Source: a virus
Taxonomy: Duplodnaviria > Caudoviricetes
DNA: 39,705 nucleotides
Virus record (IMG/VR): IMGVR_UViG_3300020148_000034
Span: 1 to 39,705 of that record
Direction: 5' to 3' (one strand)
Each line of letters begins with the position of its first letter. The stretch's first letter is position 1. The notes under the pieces were generated by a model. The model was not told the origin of the DNA, searched no databases, and was given only the letters and a program-made list of their open reading frames with translations. Below, piece after piece: positions 34,974 through 39,705 of the stretch. A program made the position numbers and the translations under genes.

Positions 34974-36667
34974 TACGCGATCCCCAATTTCTGGAGCAGC
35001 GTGCCGGGCGTCGATGCGTCCGTCTCAGCCAGGACCTTCGCGGCCTCGGCACCCTGTTTTGCCGCCGGCATCATGGCGGCGGTATTCTCCGCCTGCGCCG
35101 CCCGCGCCTGTTGTTCGGCCCGCACCTGGCGCGTCTCGGCCACCTTGTCGTCGGAAACCACAATCCCAGAAGGCGTGCCGATCATCTCGGCGTACTGGTC
35201 GATGCCCTCATCCATATCGACCTTGTCGAGCACGTTCGGATTGACCGCTGCTAAATTGCCGGCAAACGCGAACAGCCGTTCGATCCCGCCGGTGGCGACG
35301 GCCTTCTGCGCCTGGGCGAGCATTGAGATATATTCGATTTCCAGCCGCTGCTCGGTCAGTTCCTGCGGCGCGGGCGGCAACTCCCCGCGGCGCTCCATGA
35401 TGGCATAGGTGCGGGCAATCACCGGGGCGAGCTGGTTGCCATAGATGTTTTCGAGCACCGGGCCGAGCGCGAGCAGCTTTTCCTCCTTGCGCTCTGCGAT
35501 CTCGAAATTATTGCGCGGCTGGATACCTTCCATATTGGCGAGCATCAGGAACAGGTCGGCATAAAGCCCGCGCTCAATGCGGCTCTGCACATCCTTGATA
35601 TCCGCTTGAAGCTCCCCGATGCGTAGGTTCACCTGCAACGCAGGCGTGAACCCCTGCCCGGTCGGATCATCGACATAGGTGATGGCGCCGGGCAGCAGGG
35701 ATGCGGGGTTGCTCTTCATGGAGGTGGGCCCCTTCATCGGGGGCTTATGCATCTTCTGGATCGCCTGCGCCTTATCGAGCTGCTCGGTCTGGAGCATCTT
35801 CACATCGGGCAGCACTTCCTCGCCCGGCCCGGTCGCATAGTGATCCTCGGCCGGGAGTTCCCACGGCGGCGCAATGATGGGGTTCTCGTCAAAGCCGGAA
35901 ATCTCCAGCATCCGGTCGCGCTCATCGAGCCCGGTCGCGCCCTCCTCCCAATAGACCGAGGCGAACGGCTTGTTCAGCTTGTCGATCTTGCCGGGGGCCC
36001 GGTCATGACGAGGCTGGACAAGATGGTTGATCGTGAACGGCTGGTCATAATCGCCACGGTCATAGCACCGGCGCACCTGGTAGGAGACATGATCCAGCCC
36101 AAACCGCGCGACGATCCGCTCCACCGACCACGAGAATTCGCGGCAGAGCGTATCAGCAATGCCATCGGCGTTGCGCGCCAGCCAGAACGAACCATGCTGA
36201 AACTGGTTCATGTGAATGGCGGTGCGCTGGTTCTCCACCAGCATCCCACAGGACTGCCCGAACAGCCCGAGATCGCCATAGCCGTAGTGGAAAGCCTTGT
36301 AGAGGTTCGAGCCCTGGAAAATCTCGCGCATGCGCTTTTCCACGGCGTCGATATAGGCTTTCACCGGGCCGAATTCGCGCATCTCGGGGTCGAGCGTGGT
36401 CAGGCGGAACCAAGGACGCGCCGGGCTGGTGATGCCCGAATGCATGCCAGAGGCCAGCGTGCGCAGCGCGAACGATCCGGTGCTGTCGATGATCTTACCG
36501 CGCAGCTTCGCTCCCTGCCCTTTATTCAGGGTGAGGCGCAGCCGCTTGGGAGCAATATTCTCGGCCAGTTCTTTCCACTGGTCCTCATATGGCTGGCGCA
36601 ACGCCTTGAGCGCTTCCTTGCGCCGCTCGGCTCGCTTGCGGATCGAGGTGTCGCCGGGTTCGGTCAT
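34973..36667 (-). CDS. Portal (head-to-tail connector, Bbp21-like)
   Basis: LRTLASGMHSGITSPARPWFRL, ERKEEKLLALGPVLE, IEYISMLAQAQK. Confidence 0.93.
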   Translation of the reverse strand: MTEPGDTSIRKRAERRKEALKALRQPYEDQWKELAENIAPKRLRLTLNKGQGAKLRGKIIDSTGSFALRTLASGMHSGITSPARPWFRLTTLDPEMREFGPVKAYIDAVEKRMREIFQGSNLYKAFHYGYGDLGLFGQSCGMLVENQRTAIHMNQFQHGSFWLARNADGIADTLCREFSWSVERIVARFGLDHVSYQVRRCYDRGDYDQPFTINHLVQPRHDRAPGKIDKLNKPFASVYWEEGATGLDERDRMLEISGFDENPIIAPPWELPAEDHYATGPGEEVLPDVKMLQTEQLDKAQAIQKMHKPPMKGPTSMKSNPASLLPGAITYVDDPTGQGFTPALQVNLRIGELQADIKDVQSRIERGLYADLFLMLANMEGIQPRNNFEIAERKEEKLLALGPVLENIYGNQLAPVIARTYAIMERRGELPPAPQELTEQRLEIEYISMLAQAQKAVATGGIERLFAFAGNLAAVNPNVLDKVDMDEGIDQYAEMIGTPSGIVVSDDKVAETRQVRAEQQARAAQAENTAAMMPAAKQGAEAAKVLAETDASTPGTLLQKLGIA

Positions 36668-36677
36668 GGCCTGGCCG

Positions 36678-36908
36678 TCACGCACCAAGCAGCGTCTTTT
36701 TCTCGGTCGGGGCGAATTCGCTCACGCCACTTCCCGAGGTCAGGATCGTCCTGGCGCCAGACCGGACGCGATCACTGGCGCGCCGGCCCTGCGCGGTAAT
36801 CACCGCCGCACTATCCGGCATGCGCATTGCCGCTGTTTCGGGCGGCAAAACCGGATCGGCCTGCTGCTGCCCACCACCGCCACCGATCAAACACATCATC
36901 GCCATCAC
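36678..36908 (-). CDS. Small conserved pre-portal protein
   Basis: MCLIGGG...TILTSGSGV...KKTLLGA. Confidence 0.75.
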   Translation of the reverse strand: MMAMMCLIGGGGGQQQADPVLPPETAAMRMPDSAAVITAQGRRASDRVRSGARTILTSGSGVSEFAPTEKKTLLGA

Positions 36909-38242
36909 CTCGCAAACGGGTCGTAATCCGTCTGTACGGCGTGATGGTTGGGAGCACCGCGAAGCGTGCGCGGCTGCACGTTGAACGCGAAGGTCAGCGC
37001 CAGCGCGTCGGCAATGTCCGGCGAGCGGCCAAGGCGCTCCTTGATCTTGTCTTTCGGCTCGAGCTCCACGATCCCGGTCGATGGGATTTTGTACGTGGGC
37101 GACACCAGATCGTTTTTCAGCGACAGGTCATCCGGGATTTTGCCGCCCTCCATGATCCAGTCGCGCAGGCGCATCCACATCTCGGTGCGCTTGTTGCGAT
37201 AGCGAGGATCATCGGCCTTGCCGCCAAACTGCACACCCACCACCGTATGGCCCAACTCGCGCAGCCGGGCGACGACGCCGGAGCCATAGCCGCCAGTGTC
37301 ATCGACAAACACAGCGTCAGGCGTGAACGCGGCAATTTCGGTGAGCAGCCGCCCGGTGACCGCCATGGGGTCGGCATTGTCCAGCACGATGGGGGGCCAT
37401 GCAACCAGGCCCTGGCGCCGAATGATCGCCGTCCGGTCCTCGCCGGTATAAGCAACGTCAACGCCGATCACGCGCACCGACGCCTCAAGCTCTTCACGGC
37501 GATAGTGACGCGCGACCGCGTCGGACACCGCGTCGATGGTAATCAGCACATTGTCAGCCGACGCGGTGAAGTCGCACAGGAATTCTTGCCGGTACTGGTT
37601 GGCCGACATGCTCTTGCGCGCATCCGCCAGCTCTTCATCATCGATCAGCGCCGTCTCATCGGCCCGGTACATGCCGGCATACCAGTGCGAGCCGGGCTCG
37701 TTCATGTCGCGCCGCGCCCGCTCATAAAGCTCGAAAAACTGGTCCATGCCCTTCGGTGTGCCAATGAACAGGCACCAGCCCTTGCGGTCGGAGAGGGCCG
37801 GTCGGATGATCTCGGGCCACGTCTCAAGCCGGCAATCGGCAACCTCGTCGATCACGACACCATCGAGATAGATGCCGCGCATCGCCTCGCCGTTATCGGA
37901 TCCATAGAGGCGGATCATCGAGCCGTTCGGGAAGGAGATCGAAAGCTCGCTCTCGTTCACCTTGACGCCCGGCACCTGATAGGCGAACCGCCGTAGGTAA
38001 TCCCAGGACACCTGCTTGGCCTGTTTCAGGTACGGCGCCACATAGGCAAACCTGGCGTTCGGCTTCGTCGTGCGCAGCGCTGCGTCAATCAGCGTGGCAA
38101 TGGCGAGGAAAGTTTTGCCGAAACGGCGATGACACACCAGCACAGAGAAGCGGCGCAGCTTGAGGTGAATTTCGCGCTGCCACTCGTGCGGCACATAGCC
38201 CAGGCTGACGCGCTCGATCACAGCGGCGGAAGCGCTATTCAT
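36905..38242 (-). CDS. terL: Terminase large subunit
   Basis: CHRRFGKT, RGIYLDGVVIDE, FIGTPKG, GVDVA, RSPDIADALALTFA. Confidence 0.93.
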   Translation of the reverse strand: MNSASAAVIERVSLGYVPHEWQREIHLKLRRFSVLVCHRRFGKTFLAIATLIDAALRTTKPNARFAYVAPYLKQAKQVSWDYLRRFAYQVPGVKVNESELSISFPNGSMIRLYGSDNGEAMRGIYLDGVVIDEVADCRLETWPEIIRPALSDRKGWCLFIGTPKGMDQFFELYERARRDMNEPGSHWYAGMYRADETALIDDEELADARKSMSANQYRQEFLCDFTASADNVLITIDAVSDAVARHYRREELEASVRVIGVDVAYTGEDRTAIIRRQGLVAWPPIVLDNADPMAVTGRLLTEIAAFTPDAVFVDDTGGYGSGVVARLRELGHTVVGVQFGGKADDPRYRNKRTEMWMRLRDWIMEGGKIPDDLSLKNDLVSPTYKIPSTGIVELEPKDKIKERLGRSPDIADALALTFAFNVQPRTLRGAPNHHAVQTDYDPFAR

Positions 38243-38525
38243 CCTTGCCACCATCGCTCACCGGATCGTCGGGTGCGCGCGGCACGCCGGTCTCCACCAT
38301 GATGTTGACCGTGCCGGTGTGCTTCATGTCCGCCTGCACCTGCACCGGCAGGAGCTTGGCGTAGAGCTTGTAGAACTCGGTCGGCTCCAACTGTGCCCAG
38401 CGGATGAGCGCCTGGACGCCGCCCAGGCCGTCAAATGCTTCTTCGAGCGCCGCTTTTACTGAGGCGGTGGTTTTGTTGAGAGCGCCGGGAGGACGCCCGC
38501 GACCGCGTGCGCCAGGGTTCGCCAT
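38235..38525 (-). CDS. Terminase small subunit-like protein
   Basis: GRPPGALNKTT...GGVQALIRWA...FYKLYAKLLP; directly upstream of terL. Confidence 0.75.
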   Translation of the reverse strand: MANPGARGRGRPPGALNKTTASVKAALEEAFDGLGGVQALIRWAQLEPTEFYKLYAKLLPVQVQADMKHTGTVNIMVETGVPRAPDDPVSDGGKDE

Positions 38526-38625
38526 GGGTATATCCGAGCCTATTAAATTTCCGGCCCGTTATTCCCGCGCGATGGTTGGTGCCTAAAAATGAGCAGACGG
38601 CGGGGAAAACCCGAATTCCCGGGAA

Positions 38626-38849
38626 AGTGACGCACCCTATTCTATAGGTTCTCTTGTATTTCAAAGACTTAGCCATAAGTGACGCAGTTTCCCATTGTTA
38701 TCGAAATGTGCGCATGTGCATGTGTGGGCGCCTGCGCGCGCATATATTGAAAGTTTTAGGGTTAAGTGCGTCACTTGTAGTGATCCCTATGATTTTAAAG
38801 GGAAAAACCTGATTTCCATGCGTCACTAGTGCGTCACTTGTGCGTCACT
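38626..38849. repeat. Convergent iteron-like array (2x AGTGACGCA, 4x TGCGTCACT); candidate replication origin
   Basis: Octamer cores at 38627 and 38679 (+) and at 38767, 38819, 38830 and 38841 (-), in an AT-richer non-coding region. Confidence 0.7.
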
Positions 38850-38878
38850 CAACGGGTTAGCCGGAATTTCGTGCATCC

Positions 38879-38927
38879 TGTTGATTTTAAATTGACACAC
38901 CTCCTTATTGCTGATTTAAAATTAGCA
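38879..38927 (+). promoter_or_regulatory. Rightward promoter region with operator copies 7 (38879-38897) and 8 (38909-38927)
   Basis: TGTTGATTTTAAATTGACA (contains TTGACA) and TGCTGATTTAAAATTAGCA. Confidence 0.75.
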
Positions 38928-39003
38928 ATATGAGCAACAAACGTGTTGCTGTGGCGACCAGCCACCCAAGCGGGCTGATCTGGTCGAGACGATGGAGAGA
39001 AAG

Positions 39004-39204
39004 ATGGCAAAGCAGTGGAAGCCGACCGCGCGTGTTTATGATCGCAAGATCAAGGACTATGTGACCGTCACCTTGGCAGTCGATATCGATTGGGATGCCA
39101 TCGCAAAGCAGATGGCCGAACAGGCGTGGAGCAATAAGAGCGGCAAAGCCACTCAACTCCACGGCGCCATCAAAGCCAAGATTATCAGTCCCACAAAACC
39201 CTGA
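39004..39204 (+). CDS. Small basic hypothetical early protein
   Basis: GGAGAG RBS before ATG 39004; first gene after the operator pair. Confidence 0.7.
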   Translation: MAKQWKPTARVYDRKIKDYVTVTLAVDIDWDAIAKQMAEQAWSNKSGKATQLHGAIKAKIISPTKP

Positions 39205-39273
39205 ACCCCTTCCCCGAGCGCATCTCCCCGGTGCGCTCCAGCAAGGGATTTCACCCTGCGTAAGGAGGACATT

Positions 39274-39705
39274 ATGACGAAGATCGAAACCAAATACGGC
39301 CAGAAGGTTCTTGTCATCGACAAGACCGACCTGGACGAAACGAACGCCTATGTGGGCGATATCGACGTCACCCAGGAGTTCGACGGCGGCATCGAGATCG
39401 CCGCCGATTTGGGCTGGGTGAGGTTCAGCGCCGCCATCCGGGCCAAGCTCTATATTGTTGCGAAGGCCGGCACGGGCATCAAGGCCGGCGAGGGCATTGA
39501 GGCCGGCGAGGGCATCAAGGCCGGCTGGGGCATTGAGGCCGGCACGGGCATCAAGGCCGGCGAGGGCATCAAGGCCGGCGAGGGCATCAAGGCCGGCTGG
39601 GGCATTGAGGCCGGCTGGGGCATCAAGGCCGGCGAGGGCATCAAGGCCGGCGAGGGCATCAAGGCCGGTCTTTCGATCACCGCCAAGTGGATATCCACTC
39701 GCCTC
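39274..39705 (+). CDS. Hexapeptide-repeat (GIxAGx) beta-solenoid protein, truncated by the window end
   Basis: TAAGGAGG RBS; MTKIETKYGQKVLVIDK...KAGTGIKAGEGIEAGEGI...; open to the window end and absent from the ORF track. Confidence 0.85.
   Translation, partial: MTKIETKYGQKVLVIDKTDLDETNAYVGDIDVTQEFDGGIEIAADLGWVRFSAAIRAKLYIVAKAGTGIKAGEGIEAGEGIKAGWGIEAGTGIKAGEGIKAGEGIKAGWGIEAGWGIKAGEGIKAGEGIKAGLSITAKWISTRL
39463..39669 (+). repeat. 18-bp tandem repeat, 11.5 units
   Basis: (A/G)AG GCC GGC (ACG/GAG/TGG) GGC AT(C/T). Confidence 0.95.

Noticed and set aside
39450-39698. Minus-strand PALMPS-repeat ORF, or a CRISPR-like array
   Set aside because: It is the reverse read of the 18-bp coding repeat. 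The plus frame has a strong RBS, and there are no unique spacers.
1-39705. Claim that the phage is a plasmid-prophage because no integrase is seen
   Set aside because: The window is truncated (the last ORF is open) and no par or protelomerase genes are visible, so an integrase may lie outside.

Overview
Most of the genome of a temperate-type, GC-rich podophage with a BPP-1-like head and T7-like tail and internal-virion genes. The host is probably an alphaproteobacterium (GapR/DUF2312 gene). From left to right the window holds: a leftward replication operon (Cro-like HTH, C5-MTase-like protein, SF2 helicase, dead-HNH/wHTH fusion, SSB-like, VRR-NUC, CHC2-Toprim-D5 primase/helicase); a divergent CI-like repressor; an atypical initiator-like tRNA-Met(CAU) cassette; a rightward RecE/RecT/GapR operon; a leftward late operon from terminase to lysis; an iteron-type origin candidate; and the start of another rightward early operon. 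No integrase, reverse transcriptase or CRISPR array is present. Best leads: (1) a 68-codon gene nested out of frame inside the primase Toprim region; (2) eight copies of a 19-bp palindromic operator, one just after the capsid gene; (3) the remodelled fMet-like tRNA; (4) antisense membrane/lipoprotein mini-genes on both sides of a 2475-aa ejection protein that carries GNAT, nuclease-like and metallopeptidase modules; (5) a symmetric convergent iteron array. All family calls come from motif recognition by eye; no searches were run.
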